From an uncultured Chloroflexia bacterium (GTDB lineage: Bacteria > Chloroflexota > Limnocylindria > Limnocylindrales > CSP1-4): DNA of 64,000 nt. This document shows positions 38,727 through 49,147 of the stretch, one piece after another. The stretch covers positions 640,001-704,000 of the forward strand of contig CAWFXA010000003.1 in NCBI GenBank assembly GCA_963819655.1. Direction: 5' to 3'. Position numbers and translations under genes: made by a program. The notes under the pieces were generated by a model that was not told where the DNA came from, ran no database searches, and worked only from the letters and a program-made list of their open reading frames with translations. The stretch's first letter is position 1; the number at the start of each line of letters is the position of its first letter.

Positions 38727-39242
38727 TCAGGACGCGGCGCGCTCCGGCCAGCAGAACTCGGCGTCGACCATCGGTTCGCCGGGACCCGCCGCCCCCGGTT
38801 CGAATGGCGTCCGGAACGTGAACGCAGCGGGCGTCGGGCCGTCGCGCCGCAGACGCTCGAGCCGATCGAGGGCTTGGTCGAGGGTCGGGATCTGCCCGGC
38901 CGGTACCCACCACAGCACGAGGTGCGCTGTCGCCAGCCGCTCGAACCACGATCGCCGTTCGCGGAGCACGTGGACGTGAGCCGTCGTGTACGTGAACGCG
39001 CGAAGCGCCTCGAGCGACCTCCACACGCTCATGTTGATCAGGAACAGGTCATCCTCGGTCGACCGGATCGACGTCGCGTTCCCGGCGTCCGTCTGGAGCC
39101 GCCACACCATCCCCGGGTCGGCGTCAGCCAAGGCGTTGATGGGCTCGAGCTGAGCCACGAAGCCGGCGATAGCCGGCGACTCGACAGGTGCCAGCAGGCG
39201 ACCGACATTGAGCTGGGCCAGGTGCCACTGCGACTCGGTCAC
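38727..39242 (-). CDS. DUF3291 domain protein
   Basis: HLAQLN, GMVWRLQ, INMSVW, VLWWVPAG, GPTPAAFTF. Confidence 0.8.
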   Translation of the reverse strand: MTESQWHLAQLNVGRLLAPVESPAIAGFVAQLEPINALADADPGMVWRLQTDAGNATSIRSTEDDLFLINMSVWRSLEALRAFTYTTAHVHVLRERRSWFERLATAHLVLWWVPAGQIPTLDQALDRLERLRRDGPTPAAFTFRTPFEPGAAGPGEPMVDAEFCWPERAAS

Positions 39243-39979
39243 GCCGTCAACTCCATGCTGATGGGTCCGTCCTCCACGGGCAGCGCGATCTCGACCGTAC
39301 CATCCCGCACGGTGACGCTCGTCGGCCGTCCATCGATGCGGGACGCGTACCGCCCGGGGGGAGGCATCGCCAGAGGCCACCCGAACGTGACGGCCCTGTC
39401 ACGGACCTGGCCGCGCAGGGAGACCGGTCGACCGAGCAGGCGCTCCGCCGTCGCCAGGTCCCCGGCGCCGATGGCCTCACGGATCGCGGAGCTGCTGACG
39501 GATGCACCATCGAGGACGAACGGCTCGACGACCACGAGATCGAACCCCTTCGTCTTGCCCAAAGCGGCGACGGCCTCCGGAGTGCCGCGGCGCTCGAAGC
39601 CGAACGCGGCGTCTGGCGTCATGAGGAGGCCGGCGAGCTCGGACCCGTTCCGGATCGCGGCGATGAAGTCGTCGTATGTCGTTCGCCGGACCGCCTCGTC
39701 GAAATGCTGTACCACGGTGACCTCGACGCCCAGCGCGGCGAGTCGCTCGAGGCGCTCGTCCGGGTGGACCAGCAATGGCGGCGCCGACCCGGTCAGGACC
39801 TCGTCGGGGTGGTGGTCGAAGGTGATCACCGTCGGCCGGGCGTGGCGCGCTTCCGCCTCGCGCACCAGGTGCTCGAGCAGGTAGACGTGTCCGCGGTGCA
39901 GGCCATCGAACACACCGATCACCGCAAATACCGGCCCATGCCCGGGACGAAGCCCCTCGACCCCGGCGACGACATCCAT
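39239..39979 (-). CDS. ribF: RibF-like FMN adenylyltransferase with a degenerate riboflavin kinase domain
   Basis: IGVFDGLHRGH, VSSSAIR, LLGRP; downstream of truB; no PTAN motif. Confidence 0.85.
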   Translation of the reverse strand: MDVVAGVEGLRPGHGPVFAVIGVFDGLHRGHVYLLEHLVREAEARHARPTVITFDHHPDEVLTGSAPPLLVHPDERLERLAALGVEVTVVQHFDEAVRRTTYDDFIAAIRNGSELAGLLMTPDAAFGFERRGTPEAVAALGKTKGFDLVVVEPFVLDGASVSSSAIREAIGAGDLATAERLLGRPVSLRGQVRDRAVTFGWPLAMPPPGRYASRIDGRPTSVTVRDGTVEIALPVEDGPISMELTA

Positions 39980-40941
39980 CAGGCGGGCGTGCCGGCTCCG
40001 GCGGGTGCATCGGCCGCGACCAGCACCTTGTCTGGGGCCAGCCTGCCTGGTCCGGCGGGGATCGCGATCGCGACGAGGGTCCCGGCGGGACCTCGCAGGC
40101 GGTAGTGGTCCGCGCCGGCTGGAACTTGAGCCGAGGGTCGGACGAACTGGCCACGGGCCACGGCAGCGACCTCGTCGCGCGTGAGATCGACGACCGGGAA
40201 ACGGTCGAGCCCGGTGTCGATCGGTCGCAGGAGGGCCGTCAGCGACGACGGCCCGTCGGCGGCTGCCTCGCGGACGCGGTCGAGCTGGATCGCATCGGCC
40301 TCCGTGAATGGACCGGCCGCGGTCCTGCGCAGCGCCCCGAGGTATGCGGCGCTGCCGAGCCGCTCACCGAGGTCGCGCGCAAGGGCGCGGATATAGGTGC
40401 CGGCGGAACAGACGACGTCGACGATGGCGATCGGGCGCTCCGGTTCGGAATCGTCCCAGGAGACGAGCGTCAGGTCCTCGATGACGACCTCGCGGGTCTT
40501 CAATTCGAGCGTGCCGCCTGCACGGGCCACTGCGTAGGCACGCCGGCCACCGACCTTGATCGCGGAGAAGGCCGGCGGCCGCTGCGAGATGGTGCCCGTG
40601 AACTCGGGCAACGCGGCTTCGACGCGCGCGCGATCCGGCGCCGGACCGGTCGCCGGCGTCATCTCACCCTCGAGGTCATCGGTCGTCGATGACGCCCCGA
40701 AGCAGATCGTCGCCCGATACGCCTTGCGGTCGGCCAGATGGAATTCGACGATCCTGGTCGCCCGTCCGAGGAACACGGGCAGGACCCCCGATGCGAATGG
40801 GTCGAGCGTCCCGCCGTGGCCGACGCGCTTCGTGGCGGCCAGACGCCGGACGAGCCCGACGATGTCGTGCGAGGTCGGGCCGATCGGCTTGTCAATGACA
40901 AGGATCCCGTCGAGACCGGGGCCCAGCGAGGAGCGGGCCAT
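39979..40941 (-). CDS. truB: tRNA pseudouridine(55) synthase
   Basis: DKPIGPTSHD, VGHGGTLDP, CSAGTYIRALARD. Confidence 0.96.
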   Translation of the reverse strand: MARSSLGPGLDGILVIDKPIGPTSHDIVGLVRRLAATKRVGHGGTLDPFASGVLPVFLGRATRIVEFHLADRKAYRATICFGASSTTDDLEGEMTPATGPAPDRARVEAALPEFTGTISQRPPAFSAIKVGGRRAYAVARAGGTLELKTREVVIEDLTLVSWDDSEPERPIAIVDVVCSAGTYIRALARDLGERLGSAAYLGALRRTAAGPFTEADAIQLDRVREAAADGPSSLTALLRPIDTGLDRFPVVDLTRDEVAAVARGQFVRPSAQVPAGADHYRLRGPAGTLVAIAIPAGPGRLAPDKVLVAADAPAGAGTPA

Positions 40942-40942
40942 G

Positions 40943-41962
40943 TCAGCGAGCGACCGCCGCGGCGGACCGGCGGGCCTCGGCGAGCACGGCGTCGCGTGCG
41001 CGGTCCATGGGGAGCGGCACGGTCGCGCCGGCCGCCCGGGCATGCCCGCCGCCCCCGAAGATCCCGGTCAGGACGGTCGCGTCTACCCCACCCGGCTTGG
41101 TGCGCACGCTGATACGAGTCCCGTCCGCCGCCTCCTTGAACAGGATCGCCACCTCGGCATCCTCGGCCTGGGCGAGCAGGTCGATGATGCCCTCGGCGTG
41201 CGGCGGTTGGGTGCCGGTCGCCACGAGATCCGCGTCGAACAGCGTCGATGCGACGACGCGGCCCGCATCGAAGCTCTCGAGCCGGTCGAGGACGCGGCCG
41301 AACAGCCGCAGCTGGACCGCCGGCTTTGAGCGATACAGGCGACGCGAGATGTCCGACAGCGGCGCACCCGCGTCCACCAGCGCGGCGGAGACCGCGAGCG
41401 TTCGCGGCGTGGAATTCGGATGGGCGAAGGTCGCGGTGTCCATGACGATCCCTGCCATCAGGGCGGTCGCCAATGCCCCGCCGGCGGCATCGAGCGGGAC
41501 GCCCAGTCTGACGGCGAGCAACGTGACCATCTCGCAGGTCGCTGCGGCCGCAGGGTCGATCCAGTCGGCTTCTCCCGCAGCCTCGTTCGAGGCGTGGTGG
41601 TCGATGACGACACGTGCAAGGCGGTCGAACAGGTCCCGATGTCTTTCGCCGACCGCCCCCACGCGCTCCAGCGTCGCGCAATCGGAGATCACGAGCAGGT
41701 CGTAGTCAGCGTCCGGGTCGGGGTCGGTCCGAAACCGGTCGACGCCCTCGAGGAAGTCGTACAGCGGCGGGACGGGGTCCGTGCACACCGGGTCGGCCGT
41801 GCCGCCGAACGCCTCGACGAGATGGACGATCGCAAGCGTAGCGCCCAGGGTGTCGGCATCGGGGTTCTCGTGGCTGACGGCGAGCACCCGTCGCGCGTTG
41901 CGGATCCGCTCGACCACGACATCGGGCACGGCGTCGAGGTAGACCGCCAGGTCGACGGTCAT
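40943..41962 (-). CDS. nrnA: DHH/DHHA1 phosphoesterase (nanoRNase NrnA-like)
   Basis: HENPDAD, IDHH, GGGGHARAAG; between rbfA and truB. Confidence 0.9.
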   Translation of the reverse strand: MTVDLAVYLDAVPDVVVERIRNARRVLAVSHENPDADTLGATLAIVHLVEAFGGTADPVCTDPVPPLYDFLEGVDRFRTDPDPDADYDLLVISDCATLERVGAVGERHRDLFDRLARVVIDHHASNEAAGEADWIDPAAAATCEMVTLLAVRLGVPLDAAGGALATALMAGIVMDTATFAHPNSTPRTLAVSAALVDAGAPLSDISRRLYRSKPAVQLRLFGRVLDRLESFDAGRVVASTLFDADLVATGTQPPHAEGIIDLLAQAEDAEVAILFKEAADGTRISVRTKPGGVDATVLTGIFGGGGHARAAGATVPLPMDRARDAVLAEARRSAAAVAR

Positions 41963-42465
41963 CGGTGCTTCCGTGGGGCGGGTCGGCCCGTCGGTCTGCC
42001 GCGACGGCGCGGCTTGGGCGGCACGACGGCCGATGGAGGCTCCTCCGCCGAATCGCCCTCGTGATGCACGCGGGCGACGGGTGTCGGCAGCGTCTCGCCG
42101 AGCGGCAAGTCGCTCTCAGGTGCCGTTCCTGCACTGAGCTCATCGAGCAGGTGCAGGACACGCGTACCGCGCTCCGCCGCATCGTCGAGCTCGACGTGCA
42201 GGTCCGGGATCCGCTTCAGCCGCAGGTTCCGGCCAAGTTCACGCCGCACGAACGGCATCGCCCGCGCGAGCGCCGCGATCGTCTGGGTCCGCTCCTTCGG
42301 CTGGCCGATGACGCTGACCCACACCTTGGCGTGCCGCAGGTCGGGCGTCGTCTCGACCTTTGTGATGGTCGCGAACCCGATCCGCGGATCCGCGACCTCC
42401 CGAGTGACGATGACCCCGATCTCCTGCCTCAGCAGCTCGTCGATCCGGTCAGTACGCTGACTCAC
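41959..42465 (-). CDS. rbfA: Ribosome-binding factor A
   Basis: RTDRIDELLRQEI..DPRIG..DLRHAKVW..LKRIPDL. Confidence 0.95.
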   Translation of the reverse strand: MSQRTDRIDELLRQEIGVIVTREVADPRIGFATITKVETTPDLRHAKVWVSVIGQPKERTQTIAALARAMPFVRRELGRNLRLKRIPDLHVELDDAAERGTRVLHLLDELSAGTAPESDLPLGETLPTPVARVHHEGDSAEEPPSAVVPPKPRRRGRPTGRPAPRKHR

Positions 42466-42471
42466 CGGGCA

Positions 42472-44379
42472 TCAAGCGGTCGCGACGCGTGACACCGTCT
42501 GGCTGGTGAAACATTCGATGATGTCGCCTTCCTCGAGGTCCGTGAACGATGCGAGGCCGATGCCGCACTCGTAGTTCGCCTGGACTTCGCGGACGTCGTC
42601 GCGGAACCTGCGGAGCGACTCGATCCGGTCGGTGGCGATGACCTTGCCTCCGCGCCAGACACGCGCGCCGCCGCGGACGATACGTCCGTCGGTGACATAC
42701 GACCCGGCGATGACCGTGTTCTTGCCGACTCGGATGACCTGGCGGACCTCCGCGCGGCCCTCGACGACCTCGATGATCTCCGGCTCGAGGAGGCCCTTGA
42801 GTGCCGCTTCGATGTCGTCGGTCAGCTTGTAGATGATGTCGTAGAGGCGGACATCGACCCCTTCGGCCTCGGCCGCCCGTCGGGCGGTGTCGGTGATCGA
42901 CGTGCTGAAGCCGACGACGATCGCATTCGACGCCGCGGCCAGCATGATGTCGTTGTCGGTGATGTCGCCGGCGGCCTCATGCAGGATGTTGATGCGGACC
43001 TCGTCCTGATCGAGCTGCTCGAGTGCATGGGTGATGGCACCGAGCGAGCCGGACACGTCCGACTTGAGGATGATCCGCAGCTCCTTGGCCTGGCCGGCCT
43101 GGATCTGGCGATACAGGTCCTCCAGGGTCGCGCGACCGCTTCCTTCGCCGCCCTTTGCGGCGAGCTGGCCCTTGCGCGCGTCGACCAGGGCGCGGGCAGC
43201 CTTGTCATCGGCCACGACGCGCAGGATGTCGCCGGCCTCCGGGACCTCCGAGAGCCCGAGCACGACGACGGCGCTGGCGGGGCCCGCCTGCTTGACGCGC
43301 TTGCCGCGATCGTTCTCGAGCGCCCGGACGCGACCGAACGTCTCGCCGACGACGATGATGTCGCCGACATTGAGCGTGCCGGTCTGGACCAGGGCGGTCG
43401 CGACGGCGCCGCGGTTCTTGTCCATCTGCGCCTCGACGATCGTGCCGATCGCGGGGCGGTCCGGATTCGCCTTGAGCTCCTGCAGGTCTGCGACCAGCAG
43501 GACCATCTCGATCAGCTCGTCGAGGCCCTGGCGGGTCTTCGCCGAAACGGGCACGAGCGGGACTTCGCCGCCGTACTCCTCGATGACGATGCCGGCCTCG
43601 GTCAGCTCGGTCTTCACCCGGGTTGGGTCGGCGTCCGGCTTGTCGATCTTGTTGAGTGCGATGATGATCGGCACCTTCGCGGCCTTGGCGTGGCTGATCG
43701 CCTCGAGCGTCTGGGGCATCACGCCGTCGTCGGCGGCAACCACGATGATCGCGATGTCGGTGACGCGGGCTCCGCGCGCACGCATCGCCGTGAACGCCTC
43801 ATGACCGGGCGTGTCCAGAAAGACGACGCGCTTGCCGTCGTGGACGACCTCCGACGCGCCGATGTGCTGGGTGATGCCACCCCGCTCCCCCGCTGCGACC
43901 TCGGTCGAGCGGAGCGCATCGAGCAGGCTTGTCTTGCCGTGGTCGACGTGGCCCATGACCGTCACGATCGGTGCACGCGGCTGGAGCTTCTTCGGGTCGT
44001 CCTCCTCGAAGAGGACTTCCTTGGTCGCCTCGGGCGCGGCGCCGTCGGTCTCGCCGTCGGGGCCGGTCCCGTTCGTCGACGCGGCGACGGTCTCCGCCAC
44101 CTCGTAGCCGAGCTCGGACGCGACGAGCGACGCCGTGTCGCGGTCGATCAGCTGGTTGATCGTCGCGAAGATGCCGCTCTTGATCAGCTCGCGGATGACA
44201 TCCGCGACATTGACCGAGAGGAGGTCGGCGAGCTCCTTGACGGTGATGGTGCCGGGCAGCTCGATCGCCCCGCGCTCGCGGGGATCGACGACCTGCACGG
44301 GCGATGTGAACGCGTTGTCGCGGCGCGGCGGCTTGCGCGGCCCGCGACGGCCGCGGGTGCCGCTCCTACTCCTGGCCAC
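42472..44379 (-). CDS. infB: Translation initiation factor IF-2
   Basis: [28 protein letters not shown]. Confidence 0.98.
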   Translation of the reverse strand: MARSRSGTRGRRGPRKPPRRDNAFTSPVQVVDPRERGAIELPGTITVKELADLLSVNVADVIRELIKSGIFATINQLIDRDTASLVASELGYEVAETVAASTNGTGPDGETDGAAPEATKEVLFEEDDPKKLQPRAPIVTVMGHVDHGKTSLLDALRSTEVAAGERGGITQHIGASEVVHDGKRVVFLDTPGHEAFTAMRARGARVTDIAIIVVAADDGVMPQTLEAISHAKAAKVPIIIALNKIDKPDADPTRVKTELTEAGIVIEEYGGEVPLVPVSAKTRQGLDELIEMVLLVADLQELKANPDRPAIGTIVEAQMDKNRGAVATALVQTGTLNVGDIIVVGETFGRVRALENDRGKRVKQAGPASAVVVLGLSEVPEAGDILRVVADDKAARALVDARKGQLAAKGGEGSGRATLEDLYRQIQAGQAKELRIILKSDVSGSLGAITHALEQLDQDEVRINILHEAAGDITDNDIMLAAASNAIVVGFSTSITDTARRAAEAEGVDVRLYDIIYKLTDDIEAALKGLLEPEIIEVVEGRAEVRQVIRVGKNTVIAGSYVTDGRIVRGGARVWRGGKVIATDRIESLRRFRDDVREVQANYECGIGLASFTDLEEGDIIECFTSQTVSRVATA

Positions 44380-44698
44380 GGGCTCCTCCTTCGATGGTGT
44401 TCGTGGTTGTGGCCCCCGGGTCGACGCTCGCGAGGAACGCCGCCGGAAGCGGGATCTCCAGCGCCCGTCTCAGGGCGCCTTTCTTGATGGCGATGGAAAG
44501 ACAGTCGGTGTCGTGACAGACGTACGCCCCGCGGCCCGCGAGTCGCCCCGTCGGATCGACCACGACCTCACCCGCCGGTGTCCGGACGATCCGCTGCAGG
44601 TCGCGCTTTGCACGCGACGTGCGGCACGCCACGCACGTCCGCGTCGGGACGCGTCGCGGCGTCTCGGCCGTAGCCGCGCGTCCGGCGGGCGCGGCTAC
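44366..44698 (-). CDS. ylxR: YlxR/RnpM family RNA-binding protein (start uncertain; GTA candidate)
   Basis: PTRTCVAC, LQRIVR, GRGAYVC; between nusA and infB. Confidence 0.88.
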   Translation of the reverse strand, partial: VAAPAGRAATAETPRRVPTRTCVACRTSRAKRDLQRIVRTPAGEVVVDPTGRLAGRGAYVCHDTDCLSIAIKKGALRRALEIPLPAAFLASVDPGATTTNTIEGGARGQE

Positions 44699-46185
44699 GG
44701 CGCCACCTCCTCGGCCGGTTCGGTGGCGGGCGAAGGTTCGTCGGCGGGTGCCGGTTCGGTAGCCGGCGCCTCGACGGCGGCACCATCGTCGGAGTCGGTC
44801 GAGGCGGTCGAGGCGGCCGCTGCGGCCTTCTTCGTCGTTCGCTTCGGCTTGGCGGGCGCCTCCGCGGTCACGCCGTCGGTCGACGCGGTCGTACCGTTCG
44901 CCGACGCGGTCGTACCGTCTGCCACCTCCGCCGCCTCCGCCGCCTCCGCCGCCTCTGCCGCGGCCGCGGCCTTCTTGGTGACACGCTTCGGCTTCGCGGC
45001 CGCGGCCCGCTTCGTCGGGGCGGCCTCCTCGGTGGCGGGCTCGCCTCCGACCGCGGCTGCGGCATCGGCCGGAGAGGCGGCGCCGTCGGTGCTCCCGCCG
45101 TCGATCGCGGCCGGTTGCGTCGCCTCCGCCTCGGCGGCGGCCTTCGCCTCGGCGACCGAGACGTCGCTCCGGATGTCGATCCGCCAGCCGGTCAGGCGAG
45201 CGGCGAGCCGCGCGTTCTGCCCCTCGCGGCCGATGGCCAGCGACAGCATCCGCTCGGGCACGGTGACCGACGCGATGCGCTTCTCCTCGTCGATGTCGAC
45301 CGACAGGACCTGGGCAGGGCTCAACGCATTGGCCACGAACACGGCCGGGTCGTCGCTCCACGGGATGACGTCGATCTTCTCGCCGGCCAGCTCGGCCACG
45401 ACGGCCTGGACACGGGCGCCCCGCTGTCCGACCGTCGCTCCGACCGGGTCGAGCCCATCCTGGCGAGACGAGACCGCGACCTTCGAGCGGCTGCCCGCCT
45501 CGCGCGCGATGGCCTTGATCTCGACCGTCCCGGAATGGATCTCGGGCACCTCGAGCTCGAACAGACGGCGCAGGAAGCCCTTGTGGGTGCGGCTGACGAA
45601 GATCTGTGGACCACGCACCGAGCGCCGCACCTCGAGCACGAACGCCTTGACGTTCTGGCCGATGCGGTAGTGCTCGAGCGCGCTCTGCTCGGTCGTGGCC
45701 AGGATCGCTTCCGTGTTCTTGCCGACGTCGAGGATGATCGCGCGCGGCTCGACCCGGTTGACGGTCCCGGTGATCAGCTCGCCCTCGCGGCTCGCGAACT
45801 GGTCGAAGACCTGGTCGCGCTCGACCTCGCGGATGCGCTGCAACACGATCTGCTTGGCGGTCTGGGCACCGATGCGCCCGAAGACGTCGCCATCGAGCTG
45901 CTCGGTCTCGATCACATCACCCGGCTTGGCGTTGGGGTCGTGCTTGCGGGCGTCCTCGACGGTGATCTGGGTCAGTTCGTCCTCGATCTCTTCGACGACC
46001 AGGCGGGCGCGGTACACGCGGATGCGGCCGGACTCGGCATCGATCTGGACATGGATGTCCTCGTCCCCAGCCACGCGACGATATGCGGACTGGATCCCGT
46101 CCTCCACCGCCCCGATGAGCTGTTCGCGCGAGACCTGCTTCTCCGCATTCAGCTGAAGGAGGGCGCCCACGAAGTCTCGACTCAC
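44695..46185 (-). CDS. nusA: Transcription factor NusA with a low-complexity C-terminal tail
   Basis: FGRIGAQTAKQ, ELEVPEI, REAGSRSKVAV, LAIGREGQNARLAARLTGW. Confidence 0.97.
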   Translation of the reverse strand: MSRDFVGALLQLNAEKQVSREQLIGAVEDGIQSAYRRVAGDEDIHVQIDAESGRIRVYRARLVVEEIEDELTQITVEDARKHDPNAKPGDVIETEQLDGDVFGRIGAQTAKQIVLQRIREVERDQVFDQFASREGELITGTVNRVEPRAIILDVGKNTEAILATTEQSALEHYRIGQNVKAFVLEVRRSVRGPQIFVSRTHKGFLRRLFELEVPEIHSGTVEIKAIAREAGSRSKVAVSSRQDGLDPVGATVGQRGARVQAVVAELAGEKIDVIPWSDDPAVFVANALSPAQVLSVDIDEEKRIASVTVPERMLSLAIGREGQNARLAARLTGWRIDIRSDVSVAEAKAAAEAEATQPAAIDGGSTDGAASPADAAAAVGGEPATEEAAPTKRAAAAKPKRVTKKAAAAAEAAEAAEAAEVADGTTASANGTTASTDGVTAEAPAKPKRTTKKAAAAASTASTDSDDGAAVEAPATEPAPADEPSPATEPAEEVAP

Positions 46186-46229
46186 GATCGCCTCCCTTCC
46201 ACGCCAGATGCCAAGCAACGACCGGTCCG

Positions 46230-46257
46230 AAAAAAATACGTGGGGGTCACCCACGTA
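46230..46257 (-). terminator. rimP-leader-type attenuator hairpin upstream of nusA
   Basis: TACGTGGG-TGACC-CCCACGTA followed by seven T; TATACT -10 at 46283-46288. Confidence 0.8.
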
Positions 46258-46381
46258 ACGGAGCGGCCGTTCAGTTGTGCGAAGTATACACCCGGACGCG
46301 TGGACGAGTCGAAGCACGGCCTGCTCGTGCTAGCCTACCGCTCCGTCCGAGCAAACGCGTGGACATGAGGGGAGTCGACCG

Positions 46382-47866
46382 TTGGCCGAGCCGACCGCGC
46401 CCACGCTGCCCCTGATCCAGCGCACCGAGGTCGATGGCGTCCCGCTCCTGTGGGCCGACGCACCAGGCCAGCCGATCCTGGCCCTTCACTTCCGCGTAGG
46501 CCGGGCCGACGAACGCGCCTGGGAAGGCGGCCTGACCCACCTCGTCGAGCATCTCGCGATGGGCACCATCGGCCAGCCCCGCTACGAGCACAACGCGTGG
46601 GTCGATACGACACGGACCGTGTTCTATGCCAACGGGTCGAAGGTCGATGTCGCCTCATTCGGGGGTGCCATCACGACGGCGCTTGCCACCCTGCCCACCG
46701 ACCGGTTGGAGCACGAGCGCTCCATCCTGAAGCGGGAAGCCGCAGGCCAGAGCGCGGGAATCAGCGACAGCCATCTGAACTTCAGGTTCGGGATGGCGGG
46801 TTTCGGGTTGTCGGGTCAGCCGGAATTCGGGCTCGGGGCGGTGACCGCCGGGCGGGTCGCCGAGTGGGCGCGGGAGCGGTTCGGACGCAGCAATGTCATG
46901 GCATTCATGACCGGTCCCCCGCCGGCCGATCTCCGTCTGCAGCTGAACGAGGGCGCCGCGTTCCCGAACCCGCGCCCGATCCCGGAATCGACGGTCCCGC
47001 TGCCGTCGCACGTGAGGACACCCAGCGGCGGTGTCGCGATCGGCTTCCTGCTCGAGCGCAAGATCGGCGCCGGAACGTTCCTCGCGCTCTACCACCGGAT
47101 GCTGCGCCAGCGCCTTCGGCTGGAGCGCGGGCTGATCTACGACGTGTTGGCCGACTACCAGCCCCTCGACGCGACGTGGGCGGCTGCGCTCGTCGGCGGC
47201 GAGTGCGATCCCACGCACGCCCAGGAGGTCGCGGACATCGCGCTGGACGAACTTAGCCGTCTGATGAACGGCGAGGTCGACCAGGCTGAGGTCGACGCCG
47301 AGACCGACGACTTCCGGCAGTCGATCGAGGATCCGACGCAGGTCGCCGGGCTGCTCGACTCGATGGTCCGTGACGAGCTTGCCGGCATGCCGTTCCGGAC
47401 CGCCGAGGATCGCTATCGCGAGCAGCAGGCGACGACGGCCGAACACATCGCCGGCCACGCCGCCCAGGCACGTCGCTCGCTCATCCTGCTCGCCGACGTC
47501 GAGCAGCACACCAGCGACATCGTCGCCTATCCGATGTCGTCGACCGACCTGGTGGCCGGCCGTGAGGTCAAGCCGCTGCTGTCGGTCCTCGGCTTCGGAC
47601 CGAAGGTCCGGCTGACCATCGGCCCGGACGGCGTGTCGCTGCGCGGCAAGGACGGCTCGCTGGCGACCGTGCGCTACGCCGACTGCGTGGTGCTGGAGCG
47701 GCCCAAGGAGGATGAGCTGGTCATGTGGGGCCGCGACCTGTCACGGGTCTACGTGCCGGCGGCCTTCTGGCGGGGCGGCGAGCAAGTCCTGGCCGAGATA
47801 GAAGCTGCCGTGCCGCCCGAGATCGTCGTCCGCGACACGTTCAGCCACGACTACATCGAGGACTGA
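46382..47866 (+). CDS. M16 (insulinase) family metallopeptidase-like protein
   Basis: FRVGRADE..GGLTHLVEHL (HxxEH); RLERGLIY; SD GAGGGGAG. Confidence 0.75.
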   Translation: MAEPTAPTLPLIQRTEVDGVPLLWADAPGQPILALHFRVGRADERAWEGGLTHLVEHLAMGTIGQPRYEHNAWVDTTRTVFYANGSKVDVASFGGAITTALATLPTDRLEHERSILKREAAGQSAGISDSHLNFRFGMAGFGLSGQPEFGLGAVTAGRVAEWARERFGRSNVMAFMTGPPPADLRLQLNEGAAFPNPRPIPESTVPLPSHVRTPSGGVAIGFLLERKIGAGTFLALYHRMLRQRLRLERGLIYDVLADYQPLDATWAAALVGGECDPTHAQEVADIALDELSRLMNGEVDQAEVDAETDDFRQSIEDPTQVAGLLDSMVRDELAGMPFRTAEDRYREQQATTAEHIAGHAAQARRSLILLADVEQHTSDIVAYPMSSTDLVAGREVKPLLSVLGFGPKVRLTIGPDGVSLRGKDGSLATVRYADCVVLERPKEDELVMWGRDLSRVYVPAAFWRGGEQVLAEIEAAVPPEIVVRDTFSHDYIED

Positions 47867-47902
47867 CGGCCTGTCTCGGGCCGACGACGCGCAGGCGCGG
47901 GG

Positions 47903-49147
47903 TCAGCGCGCGGCCGGGACCGCGGGTCCCGGGAACCGCTGCGCGACGTAGTCCTCGAGGATGACGATGAACTCATCGACGAGCCCCTCGCCGCGGAGCG
48001 TGCGATCGAGGCGGCCGTCGATGAACACCGGCGCGACCGGCTCCTCGAAGGTACCGGGCAGGCTGATGCCGATGTCGGCGTGCTTCGATTCGCCCGGGCC
48101 GTTGACGACGCAGCCCATCACCGCCACGCGTAGGTCTTCGGCGCCCGGATGCGTCTCCTTCCACTCCGGCATCCGGTCCTTGAGGTAGGCCTGGATCTGT
48201 TGGGCCATCTCCTGGAAGAACGTCGACGTGGTTCGACCGCAGCCCGGGCAGGCCGAGACCTGGGGCAGGAACGAGCGCAGACCCATCGACTGGAGGACCT
48301 GCTGGGCGATCTCGACCTCGCGCTCGCGCGGGGCGCCCGGCTCCGGGGTGAGCGAGACGCGGATCGTGTCTCCGATCCCCTCGTGCAGCAGGATCGCCAG
48401 GCCGGCCGTCGACGCGATGACGCCCTTGTCGCCCATCCCGGCCTCGGTCAGGCCGAGGTGGAGCGGGTAGTCGCAGCGGGCGGCGAGCAGGCGGTAGACG
48501 TCGACGAGGTCGCGAACGCCACTGACCTTGGCGCTGATGATGATCCGGTCGTGGCCGAGCCCGGTCGCCTCCGCGAGCTCGGCCGAGCGGAGCGCCGACT
48601 GGAGCATCGCCTCGATCATGACGTCGCGCGAGTCCCGCGGCTCGGATAGCTGGGCATTCGCGTCCATGAGCTCGGTCAGGATCGCCTGGTCGAGCGAGCC
48701 CCAGTTGACACCGATGCGGACCGGCTTGTCGTTGTCGATCGCGACCTTGACGATCGTCGCGAAGTGCTCGTCGTGGCGCTTGGCGCCGACGTTGCCGGGG
48801 TTGATCCGGTATTTGGCGAGCAGGCTGGCCGCTTCGGGATACTCCACGAGGAGCTTGTGCCCGTTGTAGTGGAAGTCCCCGATGATCGGGACATCGACCC
48901 CCAGGCCGCGGACCTTGCGGACCATCTCGGGCACGGCCGCTGCGGCTTCCTCGGTGTTCACGGTCACGCGGACGAGCTCGGACCCTGCGTGGGCCAGACG
49001 CGCGACCTGGATCGCGGTCGCGTCCGGATCGGCGGTGTCCGTGTTCGTCATCGACTGGACCACGATCGGATGGGCGCCACCGACCGGGACGCCGCCCACA
49101 TCGACGGTGACGGAGTTCCTGCGCACTGGGGCCTCGGCCTGGGTCAA
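47903..49147 (-). CDS. ispG: HMBPP synthase
   Basis: [40 protein letters not shown]. Confidence 0.97.
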   Translation of the reverse strand: MTQAEAPVRRNSVTVDVGGVPVGGAHPIVVQSMTNTDTADPDATAIQVARLAHAGSELVRVTVNTEEAAAAVPEMVRKVRGLGVDVPIIGDFHYNGHKLLVEYPEAASLLAKYRINPGNVGAKRHDEHFATIVKVAIDNDKPVRIGVNWGSLDQAILTELMDANAQLSEPRDSRDVMIEAMLQSALRSAELAEATGLGHDRIIISAKVSGVRDLVDVYRLLAARCDYPLHLGLTEAGMGDKGVIASTAGLAILLHEGIGDTIRVSLTPEPGAPREREVEIAQQVLQSMGLRSFLPQVSACPGCGRTTSTFFQEMAQQIQAYLKDRMPEWKETHPGAEDLRVAVMGCVVNGPGESKHADIGISLPGTFEEPVAPVFIDGRLDRTLRGEGLVDEFIVILEDYVAQRFPGPAVPAAR

